Assembly (NCBI GenBank): GCA_029786595.1
Contig: JAFLXO010000004.1
Location: 9,817-73,816 of the forward strand
Origin: Nitrososphaerota archaeon
GTDB lineage: Archaea; Thermoproteota; Nitrososphaeria; Conexivisphaerales; UBA164
Length of the DNA stretch: 64,000 bases
Reading direction: 5' to 3'
Positions 44,693-55,547 of this stretch are shown piece after piece. How positions within the stretch are numbered: the first letter of the stretch is position 1; each line of letters begins with the position of its first letter. The notes beneath the pieces were generated by a model. It made no database searches. It had not been told where the DNA came from and saw only the letters and a program-made list of their open reading frames with translations. The position numbers and the translations under genes are program-made.

Positions 44693-45913
44693 TTATCTTC
44701 GTAAAGTAAGGTGACCTTGGCTTACTACATAATCCGGTTCTACCTGAAAGGTGAGTGCTTCCATCACCGATTTTGCCGGTAAGAGGACAAGGTTGGCAGT
44801 ATTACCCTCCTTGAGCCCGAAGTCGTTTACTCCGATGATCCTAGCCGGACTCGTAGTTACCATATCATATATCCTGTCTACCCCTTCATAGTCCATTCTC
44901 CATAGCAGGTGGCTGGCGAGGAACGCTACTTCTGTCATTTTACATCTTCCATAGGGATAGTAAGCATCGCTGCAGTCATCCTGCCCTATGGCTATATCTA
45001 CACCATAGCGCGCCAGCTTTTCAACTGGTATATGAAGCGGGCCTGTATGCGGATCAGTAACTAAGCCCATCCCCGCCGTCCTGATCTTCTGGGCCACCTC
45101 CCTCAGCCTTGAGTCGTCATATAACTGTAGTGCCCTTGCATGACAGGCTTCAACCTTCCCATCTAGGCCCGCTCGATGAGCCATTTCAGCTAGCATTTCA
45201 ACGGTGTGCAATTCCTTGTTAGCCGCATCGTCCACCAGCATTGCAACTGGCTTATTATATTCAACCGCTAAATTGATCATCTTCTGTATATGCGCTCTCT
45301 GATCCTCCTCGGTCCGTTCTATCCAGGGTATTCCACCTACTACATCAGCCCCTTTATCTAGCGCCTTTCTGACCAGCTCCTCGGCACCAGGCTCCATTAT
45401 AACGCCGTCCTGAGGAAATGCTACTACCTGAATTGAGATTTCCGACTTGAGCTGTTCCCTGAGCTCGCATAATGCATCTATAGCCATTAGCTTTGCCTTG
45501 GTATCTACGTCCGCAAAGGCCCGTATATGGGAAACTCCATATTTCTTTGCAAGCATCAGGTACCTACTGGCCCTTTCCTTTATGCTTTCGACCGTATATG
45601 AGGCCTTGACCTTTGATGCCGTCATTATCGCATCCTTGGCGCTTGAGTTATCCATCCTGTGGTAGGCCCTTACCGCCGTATCCCCAGCGATGTCCCATGT
45701 ACCCACTTTATCAAGATGCACGTGCGCTATAACGTATGATTCTGTCACAAGCCTTCCCTTAGCGTCTATCTCTATCTGTGCCTTTTGGGTTTCACCGGCC
45801 TCTTTAATGGATATTATTTTGCCGTTCTGGATGTATATGGAGTAGAGTTCGTCCTTTCCCCTGAGCCTTGCCCCCTTAATGAATATGTCATCCATACCAT
45901 CCATGTACAGCAT
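44693..45913 (-). CDS. Amidohydrolase, cytosine-deaminase/AtzC-like
   Basis: VIAHVHLDK metal-binding HxH, HIRAFADVD, CHARAL and GQDD. Confidence 0.7.
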   Translation of the reverse strand: MLYMDGMDDIFIKGARLRGKDELYSIYIQNGKIISIKEAGETQKAQIEIDAKGRLVTESYVIAHVHLDKVGTWDIAGDTAVRAYHRMDNSSAKDAIMTASKVKASYTVESIKERASRYLMLAKKYGVSHIRAFADVDTKAKLMAIDALCELREQLKSEISIQVVAFPQDGVIMEPGAEELVRKALDKGADVVGGIPWIERTEEDQRAHIQKMINLAVEYNKPVAMLVDDAANKELHTVEMLAEMAHRAGLDGKVEACHARALQLYDDSRLREVAQKIRTAGMGLVTDPHTGPLHIPVEKLARYGVDIAIGQDDCSDAYYPYGRCKMTEVAFLASHLLWRMDYEGVDRIYDMVTTSPARIIGVNDFGLKEGNTANLVLLPAKSVMEALTFQVEPDYVVSQGHLTLRR

Positions 45914-46043
45914 CTAAATATTAATGTTACTTGCCAAGGCCTTTGATATAAAATGGCGGTAATTTGCAGCTTCTCCCCAAGTCCACAACATATTGATAAA
46001 CATAGCTAGTTTTAAATAGCCTTTGTAAGCAATCCCTTCCCGT

Positions 46044-46925
46044 ATGTATCCTCCTTCTTTTGATTATGCCGCGCCGGACGATTTGGACGAAGCTATAAAG
46101 CTATTTGAACTTCATAATGATAATGCGAAGATCATGACCGGCGGAGTGGGGCTTATAAATGCTATGAAACATCACATAATCAGGCCGGGGTTTCTCATCG
46201 ATATCTCCCGTATAAGGGAACTAAGCTTGATTGGTGATCACGGCGGTTATCTTTCAATCGGTGCAACCGTGAAGGTGGCCGAACTTCAGCGATCGGATCT
46301 GGTGAAAAGAAACTATACCGCCATCTCAGAAGCCGCAGGAGCCATAGCGGACCCGCTCCTTCGGAACATGATAAGCGTAGGTGGCAATGTATGCACCGGA
46401 AATCCTGATGATGACCTCCCCCCAGTTTTTCTCTCGATGGACGCCCAGTACATTTTGGCCGGAAGGAACGGCCGCAGGGTCATTGACGCTGATGGCTTCT
46501 ACCTTGGTCATATGTCAACTGCCATAAGGCCCGGAGAAATTCTGGTAGAGGTGCGAGTGCCAAGGCAGGCTGAGCGGTCAGGTAGCGCTTATATTAAAAG
46601 AGAGTTAAGGCAGAATGACCATCTGGTTGCTGGTGTAGCCGCATCTATATCGTTGGAGGAGGATGGAAGGTATAAGCGGCTAGCCTTTGGGCTGTCTGGA
46701 TCAGGAAACACATCCATACATGCTAGGCTACCCGGGGCCAAGTTTACAGGAAGCCGACCTATTGATGTGCCAGTTGGGGATATAGCCAAGATGGTAGTTG
46801 AAGAAGCTTCACCGTTGTCCGACAGGCAAGGCTCAGCTAGCTACAAGAGGAAAGTTATCTTGGCGCTCGCCAGGGAAGCCCTTACTCTAGCCCTCCAAAG
46901 GGCTGAACAGGGGGGGCAGAAATGA
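46044..46925 (+). CDS. Molybdenum hydroxylase, FAD-binding medium subunit (CoxM/XdhB-like)
   Basis: [15 protein letters not shown]...[10 protein letters not shown].. FAD-binding domain. Forms an operon with the 2Fe-2S and Mo subunits through overlapping stops and starts. Confidence 0.85.
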   Translation: MYPPSFDYAAPDDLDEAIKLFELHNDNAKIMTGGVGLINAMKHHIIRPGFLIDISRIRELSLIGDHGGYLSIGATVKVAELQRSDLVKRNYTAISEAAGAIADPLLRNMISVGGNVCTGNPDDDLPPVFLSMDAQYILAGRNGRRVIDADGFYLGHMSTAIRPGEILVEVRVPRQAERSGSAYIKRELRQNDHLVAGVAASISLEEDGRYKRLAFGLSGSGNTSIHARLPGAKFTGSRPIDVPVGDIAKMVVEEASPLSDRQGSASYKRKVILALAREALTLALQRAEQGGQK

Positions 46926-47395
46926 AGATTAGTGTTAATGTTAATGGAAGGAACGTCGATGCAGATGTGGAGCCAAGAAAACTTCTGGTGGATTTCATAA
47001 GGGATGACCTTCACCTTACTGGGACCCATGTCGGTTGCGACACATCGAGCTGTGGAGCTTGTACCGTTCTCTTGGATGGTGTGGCAGTGAAGTCCTGCAC
47101 CATGTTTGCAGTGCAGGCCAATAACAGAAATATAACAACCATTGAGGGGTTATCGAAAGGAGATGAACTTCATAGGCTGCAGAGCGCCTTCATTGAAGAG
47201 GGCGGCCTTCAATGTGGATATTGTACGCCGGGGATGATAATGACATCAGCATGGCTGTTATCAAATAACGCTGCTCCTACTGAGGAGGAGATACGCAATG
47301 GTATATCAGGAAACCTCTGCAGGTGCACAGGATACGACTCGATCATTCGCTCTATACAGAAGGCTTCATCGGATAGGAGAGGGGGTCGTAAGTGA
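46922..47395 (+). CDS. Molybdenum hydroxylase, [2Fe-2S] small subunit (CoxS/XdhC-like)
   Basis: [12 protein letters not shown] and [12 protein letters not shown]...NLCRCTGY cluster motifs. Confidence 0.9.
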   Translation: MKISVNVNGRNVDADVEPRKLLVDFIRDDLHLTGTHVGCDTSSCGACTVLLDGVAVKSCTMFAVQANNRNITTIEGLSKGDELHRLQSAFIEEGGLQCGYCTPGMIMTSAWLLSNNAAPTEEEIRNGISGNLCRCTGYDSIIRSIQKASSDRRGGRK

Positions 47396-49437
47396 ACATG
47401 GAAGCTACTGAGAGGTTTGTAAGGGGAAAGGGAAGGTATGTCGGCGATATCGAGCTGCCTGGCACGTTACATCTTGCAATAATAAGGAGTAAATACGCTA
47501 GGGCTAGGCTGCTCAGGGTAGAAGGGGGAATAAGCGGCCGTGACCTGAGCGCTGTGATACCTGATGTGGGCGAGGGGGCAAGAGGCGAAAGCTGGAAGAT
47601 AAAGCAGCCAGTGTTCGCTACAGGGCAGGTGAACTACCTAGGACAGCCGGTGGCTGCGGTTTATGCGGATAACAAATACCTAGCGGAGGACCTTATGGAT
47701 TCGGTAGATGTATCATATGAGCCGATGCAGCCGGTGCTTGATGAGCAGGAAGCCATGACCGCAGAGCCTATCCATCCAGGATTGAATAGTAATGTGGCTA
47801 CCGACCAATTTATAGGAAAGGACTTTGAAGAGAAGGACGCCGAAGTCGTGTTGGATGACGCTTTTAAGATAGGCAGGATAGCGACGGACCCGATAGAGAC
47901 TAGAGGCATACTGGTCAATTATGATGGCTCCAGATTGAACGTATGGGTATCCACCCAAGCAATGTTCAGCATAAGGAATGGGTTGTGTGCTACCCTGGGC
48001 TTACCAATTACGAGCGTCAGGGTCATGCAGGCAGACACCGGAGGCGCATTTGGATCAAAGAGCGCCATGTATCCCGAATATGCCATAGCCGCCTTTGTTT
48101 CAATGAAGACCCGCAGACCAGTAAAGTGGCTGGAGTCCAGAAAAGAGCATCTGACAGCCTCCAGGCCGGGCAGGGGAGTCAGCGGCAGCATGAAGCTCTT
48201 TGCCAAGAGGGACGGAACGGTGATCGGGCTTAAAGGGGAAATAATAGTCAATGGGGGCGCCTACCTTGACGGCCTCGCAAGGTTCTCACCGATGTTCATA
48301 GGGATGCAATTGACTGGCCCATACGCCATAAGGAACGGCTATATCAGGGCTATCTCTGTAGTCACCAATACTCCACCTCTGGGGCCTTACAGGGGAGCCG
48401 GCAGGCCCGAAGCCGCATTCTTCAGGGAAAGGATGATGGATTTGTTGGCCGATGAGCTGAAGCTGGACCCAGCGGAGATAAGGATAAAGAACGCTACGGA
48501 TCAGGTGTTCACCAACCCATTTGGAATGAGGATAATTGGAAGCCGCCAGTTTATGACAGAGGCATTTGATAGTTTGGAGTACTACAAGTTGGCCCGGGAG
48601 CCAAATGGGAGAAGAGGCGTCGGCATTTCATGTTTCGTACTTGTTCCGGCCCTGATGGAAGGTGAAAGCTGTAAATTAAAGGTGGATAATGGCAGGATTA
48701 AAGCTTGGCTAGGTGGGAATTCTCACGGCCAGGCTCATGAGGTTTTCGTCAGAAAGCTGATCGGTTCAACACTGGATGTTTCGACTGGTGTTGTAGATGT
48801 TCAGCCAGGCGACACGGATATGATAACATCTGGGGTGGGAGTCTGGGGAAGCCGTTCAGCTATAGTCGCTGGATATGCCACAGTCCTTGCTTCACAAACG
48901 CTGAAGGAGAAGGTCGTAAAAACCAAGGGCCTCTATACGCCTGAATATCTTCTGGCGGGCAACTATGAAGCAGAAGTGTTGAATGAGAAGTTCGATGATC
49001 CAAGTCTCAATTCATTTGGAGCAAACTTGGTGACGGTTGATGTGGATGAGTTGGGCGAGGTTACGGTTGAGGAGTGCAGGTCATACTATGACGTAGGGAA
49101 TGCGCTAAATAGGGAAATGGTAAAAGGGCAGATAGCAGGCGGTATGGCGCAGGGGATATCCTCAGTGCTCTATGAGGGTTTGATTTTTTCAAAAGATGGG
49201 ACCCTTCTGACGGATTCGATAGCCAGCGCTGGGGTGCCTCCTGCAAGGGAGCTCCCGCACTTTGTAACCGGCATAACCGAGCATCCATCGAGTCTGCCGC
49301 ATGGGGCTAAGGGGGTGGGAGAAGCCCCCACCATAGGGGTGCCACCGGCCCTAGTGAGGGCAATAGAGAAGGCCACAGGAGTAAGAATACGTAATATTCC
49401 AATACATCCCGAAGTCCTCATAGGACCCAAGAAGTAA
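47392..49437 (+). CDS. Molybdenum hydroxylase, molybdopterin-binding large subunit (xanthine dehydrogenase / form-II CoxL-like)
   Basis: [10 protein letters not shown] and [11 protein letters not shown] (form-II AYRGAGR-type, not the form-I CO-DH loop), plus [12 protein letters not shown] near the C-terminus. Confidence 0.85.
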   Translation: MNMEATERFVRGKGRYVGDIELPGTLHLAIIRSKYARARLLRVEGGISGRDLSAVIPDVGEGARGESWKIKQPVFATGQVNYLGQPVAAVYADNKYLAEDLMDSVDVSYEPMQPVLDEQEAMTAEPIHPGLNSNVATDQFIGKDFEEKDAEVVLDDAFKIGRIATDPIETRGILVNYDGSRLNVWVSTQAMFSIRNGLCATLGLPITSVRVMQADTGGAFGSKSAMYPEYAIAAFVSMKTRRPVKWLESRKEHLTASRPGRGVSGSMKLFAKRDGTVIGLKGEIIVNGGAYLDGLARFSPMFIGMQLTGPYAIRNGYIRAISVVTNTPPLGPYRGAGRPEAAFFRERMMDLLADELKLDPAEIRIKNATDQVFTNPFGMRIIGSRQFMTEAFDSLEYYKLAREPNGRRGVGISCFVLVPALMEGESCKLKVDNGRIKAWLGGNSHGQAHEVFVRKLIGSTLDVSTGVVDVQPGDTDMITSGVGVWGSRSAIVAGYATVLASQTLKEKVVKTKGLYTPEYLLAGNYEAEVLNEKFDDPSLNSFGANLVTVDVDELGEVTVEECRSYYDVGNALNREMVKGQIAGGMAQGISSVLYEGLIFSKDGTLLTDSIASAGVPPARELPHFVTGITEHPSSLPHGAKGVGEAPTIGVPPALVRAIEKATGVRIRNIPIHPEVLIGPKK

Positions 49438-49815
49438 AACAGTTCGGGGCGTATCAAAAAATGTTAATATTGGGCCGGAGTGCCTTTTAAACTTCAGTCG
49501 AAATCAGTTTACATTACCTTATGGCTTAAGCTGTTCTCAACTCTCTTTGGCTATCATTAGCACCAATTGTTTAGAAGTACTCCATAAATCGCGCCATTTT
49601 GGAGGTTAGTTGCCCCTCACCCTACCCCCTTCACTATAGCAGGTTAACGAATGGTAAATGGATACCCTTCTGGTGGCCTAAGGCGCGGTATCCTTTCCAT
49701 GGATAATTGTTGTTCTAGGGGCCTGCCAAGCGGGCATGTCACTTATGTTTGAGTTAATGATAAAATAAATTTGATAGCCGGTTATATAATTATATTAGCC
49801 TTTAAAGTGTAGAAA

Positions 49816-50997
49816 ATGAGTCTAGCTTTAGTGTTATCGTTCAGCCCTACATTGGTTCTTAACAAGAATTTCCCATATGAAAGGGCAGATCGCATAATTA
49901 GCGAAGCGAACCTTGTGGACAGGTACTTTGATGCCAAGCTGACCAAGGATATTTTTCTGAACTATTCCAAGAACGTCTATTCACAGATCCTGACCAAGGC
50001 GGTTGAGCTGAAGGAGTCATCCATAAAATCCGCCGTGCCGTTTAAGATCAGCATAGCCCCGACCGGGGTTTTTTTCGAACTTGCAAAATATGATAATACG
50101 ATTTTGACTCTACTAAAAAAACTTCAGTCGATAGATGCGGTGGAGTTCATAGGTACTACCTTCTACAGTACGATGGCCCCTCTGGCCCCTAACACCCTTG
50201 ATGAAGTAGAGGAACAGGTCAGGAACCATATTGAACTCTTAGAAGGTTCATTCAAATACAGGCCAACTATCCTGGTCCTACCACATATGCTTTATAATGA
50301 TAGGCTTGCCAAGGTCGCACAGAAGCTTTCATTTAAAGCGGTGTTGACGGAGGAGGTAGGGGAGCTTAGCGACCATCGTTACTCCTTTGTGCCATCCGGC
50401 ATGGAGAATATGAAGGTGCTGATCAGGAATTATGAGCTGAGCCAAGCGCTATATGAAGGTAAGCTTGAGGCACTCCTGCCCGAAAATAATAACGGTATAG
50501 CCTTCCTAGAAGCAGAAAGGCTTGGTAGAAGGGGGCCTAACTACGTTAGCCTCCTTTTGGAATCAGCATATAGGTCCGGAAAGGAGATGATCGGCCTAAG
50601 CCGGCTACTTGATGATATTGAAAATGGGGTGCTTACTGTTCCAGAACAGCTTACCGTCATCGACAGGGCCTACGGATCCGGCTCGTCATCTGTCATGAAG
50701 AACAAATTTCAGCGCGCTTCCATAGATAGGCTATACTACCTCAAACAGTACCTATATGAGCTGGGAGACCAGAGGAATATAGCGATCTGGAGATTGCTTC
50801 AACAGGATGAAAATCTGATAGAAATGGATCACCATATTGATGGTAAGGTTTCAAATTTCGTTGACGGCGATGACGCAAAGCTAGCCTTCTGGTCCATATA
50901 TTCTGATTTCGAAGGTAAAGTGGCTTCGAAAGTGCAGGCCGGCAGGCGTACGAAGCAGATGGTTACTGGAAGGTATGGTGTTCAGAAGCCGGGTTGA
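49816..50997 (+). CDS. Hypothetical protein (weak GH57 / polysaccharide-deacetylase-like resemblance)
   Basis: 393-aa ORF. Only a weak N-terminal resemblance to GH57-type proteins, and no catalytic motif confirmed. Confidence 0.35.
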   Translation: MSLALVLSFSPTLVLNKNFPYERADRIISEANLVDRYFDAKLTKDIFLNYSKNVYSQILTKAVELKESSIKSAVPFKISIAPTGVFFELAKYDNTILTLLKKLQSIDAVEFIGTTFYSTMAPLAPNTLDEVEEQVRNHIELLEGSFKYRPTILVLPHMLYNDRLAKVAQKLSFKAVLTEEVGELSDHRYSFVPSGMENMKVLIRNYELSQALYEGKLEALLPENNNGIAFLEAERLGRRGPNYVSLLLESAYRSGKEMIGLSRLLDDIENGVLTVPEQLTVIDRAYGSGSSSVMKNKFQRASIDRLYYLKQYLYELGDQRNIAIWRLLQQDENLIEMDHHIDGKVSNFVDGDDAKLAFWSIYSDFEGKVASKVQAGRRTKQMVTGRYGVQKPG

Positions 50998-51046
50998 ACT
51001 TTACCAACTCTACCCCCTATCATCCAAAGGGTTTAGACAGTACGCT

Positions 51047-52417
51047 TTAGGATTGATTTTGTAAGGCTTCCCTGACCAACTTCACCCCTTCCTTGGCTAT
51101 ACGCTGTGCCTCCTTTCTCTTTATTCCCTGAGCGAAGATCCTTATGAGCGGCTCGGTTCCAGAAGGCCGAATTAATAGCCATGAGCGGTTTCCATACATG
51201 GCCTTTATACCGTCCGTTAGGTCAAGCGATCTAGCCTTCAATCCATTTTTTACGAACTTCATGGCAGCCACTTTCTGTTCATCAATCACTCGCACGGCCA
51301 TCTTAAGCAAATAGTAGTTCGGAACCTCCTGCCTCATACTCAGAAGGGTTTCCTTTTCGGTCAGCTTCAACATTTTTAAAGTTGAAAGGACGGAATCGCC
51401 GTACATCAGGATGTCAGGCCATATGTATTTCCCAGATTCTTCAACCGCAAATAGGCTGGTGGGATTCTCCCTTATCGCTTCTACGAGTGCTGGTGGGCCC
51501 ACCTTAGTCCGGACCAGGCGGCCGCCGTTGGCAGAAACTATATCCTCTACAGCGTCGGAAGTGTTGATGGTTGTAATTATGGTATTATCCCTTCCGCTTG
51601 GGTTGGATCGTAGCGCATCCTTTGCAAACAGAGCCCCTGCTACATCGCCCCAGATCAGGCCGCCTTCTTCATCGAAGAAAATAGCCCGGTCACCATCAGC
51701 ATCGGTAGCTATTCCTATTCCGCCTCTATGGCGCTTTATGTAATCTGATGTTCCCTTAAGGTGCGCCGGTATAGGGCTGGGTAGCCTGTTTGGGAACCTG
51801 CCATCCGGGGATATATTGAGTATCTCATGGTTCAGGCCAAGCTCTTCAAATGCCGCTTTGGCAAATGGACCAGAGGCCCCGTTACCAGCATCAAATATCA
51901 CTTTTCTAGCCCCGTTAAATTCTAACCTTGGAACCTTCCGCCTAAGCTCCTTCGTGTATTCTTCTGCTACATCAGGGATAGTTTCCTCACTTTCAATGCT
52001 CCTCCAACTGCTGAGCCTTGCCCTTTCCTTAAAGTAATTATCCTCTACCCTGGACGCGTCTGCTGTAGTGAGTTCTCCTCCGTCCTTCAGAAAGAAGAGT
52101 AGGCCACATATCTGAGCTGGTGTATGGCTACCGGTCACCGCCACAGTCGCATCCGCCTTAAGCTTCCTCATTAACCAAAGCCCGACAGGAGTGGGAGCCA
52201 TTCCTACGTTATAGATGTGTACACCGGAGGACAGAAGGACCGAATTAACCGCCTTAAGCAGCGGCTCGGACTGCGCCCTTGGGTCTTTCAGGACAACGGC
52301 CGAAGAAACTCCTTTAAATGTATACAAAAAGGCATTCGTGAGCCTGACCGCTACTGTCGGGCTTAGTGTGGAATTTATGTACCCGCGTACACCAGATGTT
52401 CCAAACAGGTGTTCCAT
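51047..52417 (-). CDS. Phosphohexomutase (phosphoglucosamine / phosphomannomutase family)
   Basis: Active-site loop VTGSHTPAQ, Mg loop TDADGDRAIFFD, sugar loop VEESGKY, and phosphate loop IRPSGTEPLIR. Confidence 0.8.
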   Translation of the reverse strand: MEHLFGTSGVRGYINSTLSPTVAVRLTNAFLYTFKGVSSAVVLKDPRAQSEPLLKAVNSVLLSSGVHIYNVGMAPTPVGLWLMRKLKADATVAVTGSHTPAQICGLLFFLKDGGELTTADASRVEDNYFKERARLSSWRSIESEETIPDVAEEYTKELRRKVPRLEFNGARKVIFDAGNGASGPFAKAAFEELGLNHEILNISPDGRFPNRLPSPIPAHLKGTSDYIKRHRGGIGIATDADGDRAIFFDEEGGLIWGDVAGALFAKDALRSNPSGRDNTIITTINTSDAVEDIVSANGGRLVRTKVGPPALVEAIRENPTSLFAVEESGKYIWPDILMYGDSVLSTLKMLKLTEKETLLSMRQEVPNYYLLKMAVRVIDEQKVAAMKFVKNGLKARSLDLTDGIKAMYGNRSWLLIRPSGTEPLIRIFAQGIKRKEAQRIAKEGVKLVREALQNQS

Positions 52418-52492
52418 GCATAACCATCGGCCGACATTCTTATAAATGGGAGGCCTGAAGGTATGTCAAGGAGGAAAAATAGTTGAACACTG

Positions 52493-53707
52493 GTGATCTA
52501 CTTTATCCATCCACTGAATACCTACGTGCTTAAGTTCGGTGGTTCTGTCCTTATCGACTCGAATAGTTCGACCAACGCATCGTCCTTTGTAAAAAAACTT
52601 GTAAATAGGGGAGACAGTGTCGTAGTAGTGGTATCCGCGCTGAAGGGGGAAACTGACAGGCTACTACAGAGCATAAGCGGCATAAGCAATGATAGGGAGG
52701 ACACGGCGGAGGTCATAGCAATGGGGGAGAGGACCAGCGCCAGGCTGATGGCCGCGGCGCTCAAGAAAGCTAATGTCCCTGCCGTTCTGGTCGATCCCAA
52801 GGGGGAGAACTGGCCCATATTCACGCATGGGGATTTCCTTGACGCGGACATCGATATGGATAAGACAAAAAAGGCGGTCGAAGAACGTATAAGACCTCTC
52901 CTGTTAAAGGGGATGGTGCCCGTAGTCTGTGGTTTTATGGGGTTGAACGGCGATGGCCGTATTCAGACCCTTGGGAGGGGCGGAAGCGATACCAGCGCTG
53001 TGGTGTTAGGTTCATGTCTTGGGGCAAGGGAGGTGGTGCTCCTGAAGGATGTAGGGGCAGCACTTACTGCTGACCCTAAGAAGACCAACGGTACGAGAAC
53101 AATAGACACATTAGATGCTTCGGAGGCGCTTGCCCTTTCGATGGGTGGCTCAAAGCTTATACACGCAAAGGCGTTCAGATATCTTAAAGGGACAAACCTG
53201 CGCATAACGAGCATCGAGCTTGGCCTTGAGGGCGGTACCCTTATAGATGGGCAGACGTCGGTAAACCTGACGGCACTGGACAAGGACATAAGCATGGTAA
53301 CTTTGGTCACACGCAGGGCCACTATGGACCTCGTTAATTCTATAGGTAAGATTCTGAAGGAAGCCGGGGCGGAGCTACTGGGAATGACGCTCGGTGGTAG
53401 GTCGCTCCTGCTATATCTAAAGGGAGGCAGTAATGTGGTGGATAGTCTTCATTCGAAGCTCGTGAACGGTGAAGAGGTCAAGGCAATCAGCGAAATAAAT
53501 AACCTGGCTGAAATAACGGTCAGGTCCGATTTCCTGGAAAGAGCCCCAGGTTATATAAGCGATATTACGGCGCCGCTGTCTGCGAACGAAATAAACATCT
53601 ATGGAATATCCACCATTTCTAACAGTATCAAGCTATACATCCTTGCAAAGGACCTGCATAGCGCGCTAAACCTTATAAAAAAGGAATTGGAGGATAGGGA
53701 ACTATGA
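52493..53707 (+). CDS. Aspartate kinase
   Basis: VLKFGGSVL, VVVVSALKGETDRL, LGRGGSDTSAVVLG, and C-terminal ACT-like region. The true start is probably a few codons in. Confidence 0.8.
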   Translation: MIYFIHPLNTYVLKFGGSVLIDSNSSTNASSFVKKLVNRGDSVVVVVSALKGETDRLLQSISGISNDREDTAEVIAMGERTSARLMAAALKKANVPAVLVDPKGENWPIFTHGDFLDADIDMDKTKKAVEERIRPLLLKGMVPVVCGFMGLNGDGRIQTLGRGGSDTSAVVLGSCLGAREVVLLKDVGAALTADPKKTNGTRTIDTLDASEALALSMGGSKLIHAKAFRYLKGTNLRITSIELGLEGGTLIDGQTSVNLTALDKDISMVTLVTRRATMDLVNSIGKILKEAGAELLGMTLGGRSLLLYLKGGSNVVDSLHSKLVNGEEVKAISEINNLAEITVRSDFLERAPGYISDITAPLSANEINIYGISTISNSIKLYILAKDLHSALNLIKKELEDREL

Positions 53708-54765
53708 GGAACGAACTAAGGCTGGGCATATTGGGAGCGACGGGGATGGTAGGACAACAGTACATAAAACTGCTTGCCGATCATCCATGGTTCAAGGTGT
53801 CTCGAATAGTAGGAAAGAAGTCGGCTGGCATGTCGTTTAAGGATGCGGCAGAATGGGTTGGGGAGTACGACCCTCCAGCATCCATAATGGATATGAAGGT
53901 CGATGGCGCAAATCCGGAGTCACAGGGTGCTGACCTATTTGTGAGTTGCCTTCCTACGGATGGGGCAAAGGAACTGGAGCCGCTTTATGCTAGGCTATAC
54001 CCCACATTTAGCGACGCAAGCGCCTACAGGATGGAGGATGATGTACCTCTGATAATACCTGAGGTCAATGCTGAACAGGGAAGGCTTATTGAAAGGCAGA
54101 AAAGGAGCCGCAACTGGATGGGCTTCTTGGTTACGGGGCCCAACTGTACTAGCATCGGGCTTAACATGACCCTCAAGCCCCTCGATGACGAATTCAAGAT
54201 AAGGAAGGTAATAGTTTCGACCATGCAGGCGGTCAGCGGCGCTGGCTATCCCGGTGTACCAAGCCTTTCCATCATAGATAACGTCATCCCGTACATAAAG
54301 GATGAGGAGGACAAGGTTGCCATCGAGTCAAACAAGATATTGGGCAAGTTCGTAGGTGGTAGAGTGGAACCGGCCGGTCTGGCGGTCTCCGCTATGTGCC
54401 ACAGGGTTGCTACGATAGACGGGCACATGGAGAGCGTATATATTGAAACGGAAAAGCCCGTAAGCGTTAATGATGCGTCCCAAGCGCTACGTGATTTCAC
54501 TGGACTACCGCAGTCGCTCAAACTTCCGACGGCGCCTGAAAAACCAATAATAGTAAGGGAGGAGCCCGATAGGCCTCAGGTCAGGAAGGACAAGAACGCT
54601 GGCACAGTCCCAGGCATGAGCACTGTGGTCGGTAGAATAAGGCCAGGGCTTGACAACCACTCATTAAAGTACACGTTACTCAGCCATAACACCATAAGGG
54701 GAGCGGCCGGGAATACGATACTTACAGCAGAACTCTTCTACAAACAAGGGTGGATGAACCTTTGA
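53704..54765 (+). CDS. asd: Aspartate-semialdehyde dehydrogenase
   Basis: LGILGATGMVGQ Rossmann motif, active-site GPNCTSIGL, and HRVATIDGH. Confidence 0.85.
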   Translation: MRNELRLGILGATGMVGQQYIKLLADHPWFKVSRIVGKKSAGMSFKDAAEWVGEYDPPASIMDMKVDGANPESQGADLFVSCLPTDGAKELEPLYARLYPTFSDASAYRMEDDVPLIIPEVNAEQGRLIERQKRSRNWMGFLVTGPNCTSIGLNMTLKPLDDEFKIRKVIVSTMQAVSGAGYPGVPSLSIIDNVIPYIKDEEDKVAIESNKILGKFVGGRVEPAGLAVSAMCHRVATIDGHMESVYIETEKPVSVNDASQALRDFTGLPQSLKLPTAPEKPIIVREEPDRPQVRKDKNAGTVPGMSTVVGRIRPGLDNHSLKYTLLSHNTIRGAAGNTILTAELFYKQGWMNL

Positions 54766-55547
54766 CCGATGGGAAGCGCCAGAGGTTATCACGCCTCTTA
54801 AAGGACGGTAGGATGCTCTGCGTCCCAATGGATCACGGAATGAGCGATGGCCCGATCCAGGGGTTGGAGGATATCAACGCTATAGTCAGGTCGGTGGAGG
54901 AGGGAGGGGCCAGTTCCGTGATACTTCACAAGGGTATGATTAAATCCCTTAACTTCAGCCCCCGGCTCGGCTTGATAATGCACGTTTCGGGAAGCACATC
55001 CAGAGGCCCAGCCCCCTTTTATAAAGTTGATGTATCTGGCGTAAGGGAGGCCATCCTGCTAGGGGCGGATGCCGTGTCATTCCATATGAATGTGGGTGCC
55101 AATTCGGAGAGCGATATGATGAGATCCCTTGGTGCGTTGGCCGACGAAGCGGATAGGTGGGGCTATCCATTAATAGCCATGATGTACGTCCGTGGTGAAA
55201 GGGTAAAGGACCAGTTCGACCCAGATCTTACAGCCCTAGCGGTGAGGCTAGGTGCCGAGCTGGGAGCAGATCTAGTAAAGACGACGTACACTGGTAACAT
55301 AGACAGCTTTGCGAAGGTAGTCAAGGGTTCGCCTGTACCGGTTGTGATAGCTGGTGGTCCGAAGGTAAGTTCAAGGAGGGAGCTTTTACAGATGGCCAAG
55401 GATGCATTAGATGCTGGCGCCATCGGTGTAACATTCGGGCGTAACGTATTTCAGGATAGCGATCCGAAAAAGGTCGTAAAGGCCCTCTCCGCCATAATAT
55501 TTAATGATGCGGATGTAGAAAGCGCCCTGAAGGAGTTCGATCATTGA
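54750..55547 (+). CDS. 2-amino-3,7-dideoxy-D-threo-hept-6-ulosonate (ADH) synthase, class-I aldolase DhnA family (AroA-prime)
   Basis: VPMDHGMSDGP and LVKTTYTG (Schiff-base Lys region). Sits between asd and DHQ synthase II. Confidence 0.75.
   Translation: MDEPLTDGKRQRLSRLLKDGRMLCVPMDHGMSDGPIQGLEDINAIVRSVEEGGASSVILHKGMIKSLNFSPRLGLIMHVSGSTSRGPAPFYKVDVSGVREAILLGADAVSFHMNVGANSESDMMRSLGALADEADRWGYPLIAMMYVRGERVKDQFDPDLTALAVRLGAELGADLVKTTYTGNIDSFAKVVKGSPVPVVIAGGPKVSSRRELLQMAKDALDAGAIGVTFGRNVFQDSDPKKVVKALSAIIFNDADVESALKEFDH

Noticed and set aside
46044-49437. Calling the Mo-hydroxylase operon an aerobic CO dehydrogenase (coxMSL)
   Set aside because: The large subunit shows the PYRGAGR-type loop rather than the form-I CO-DH active-site loop, and no cox accessory genes are adjacent.
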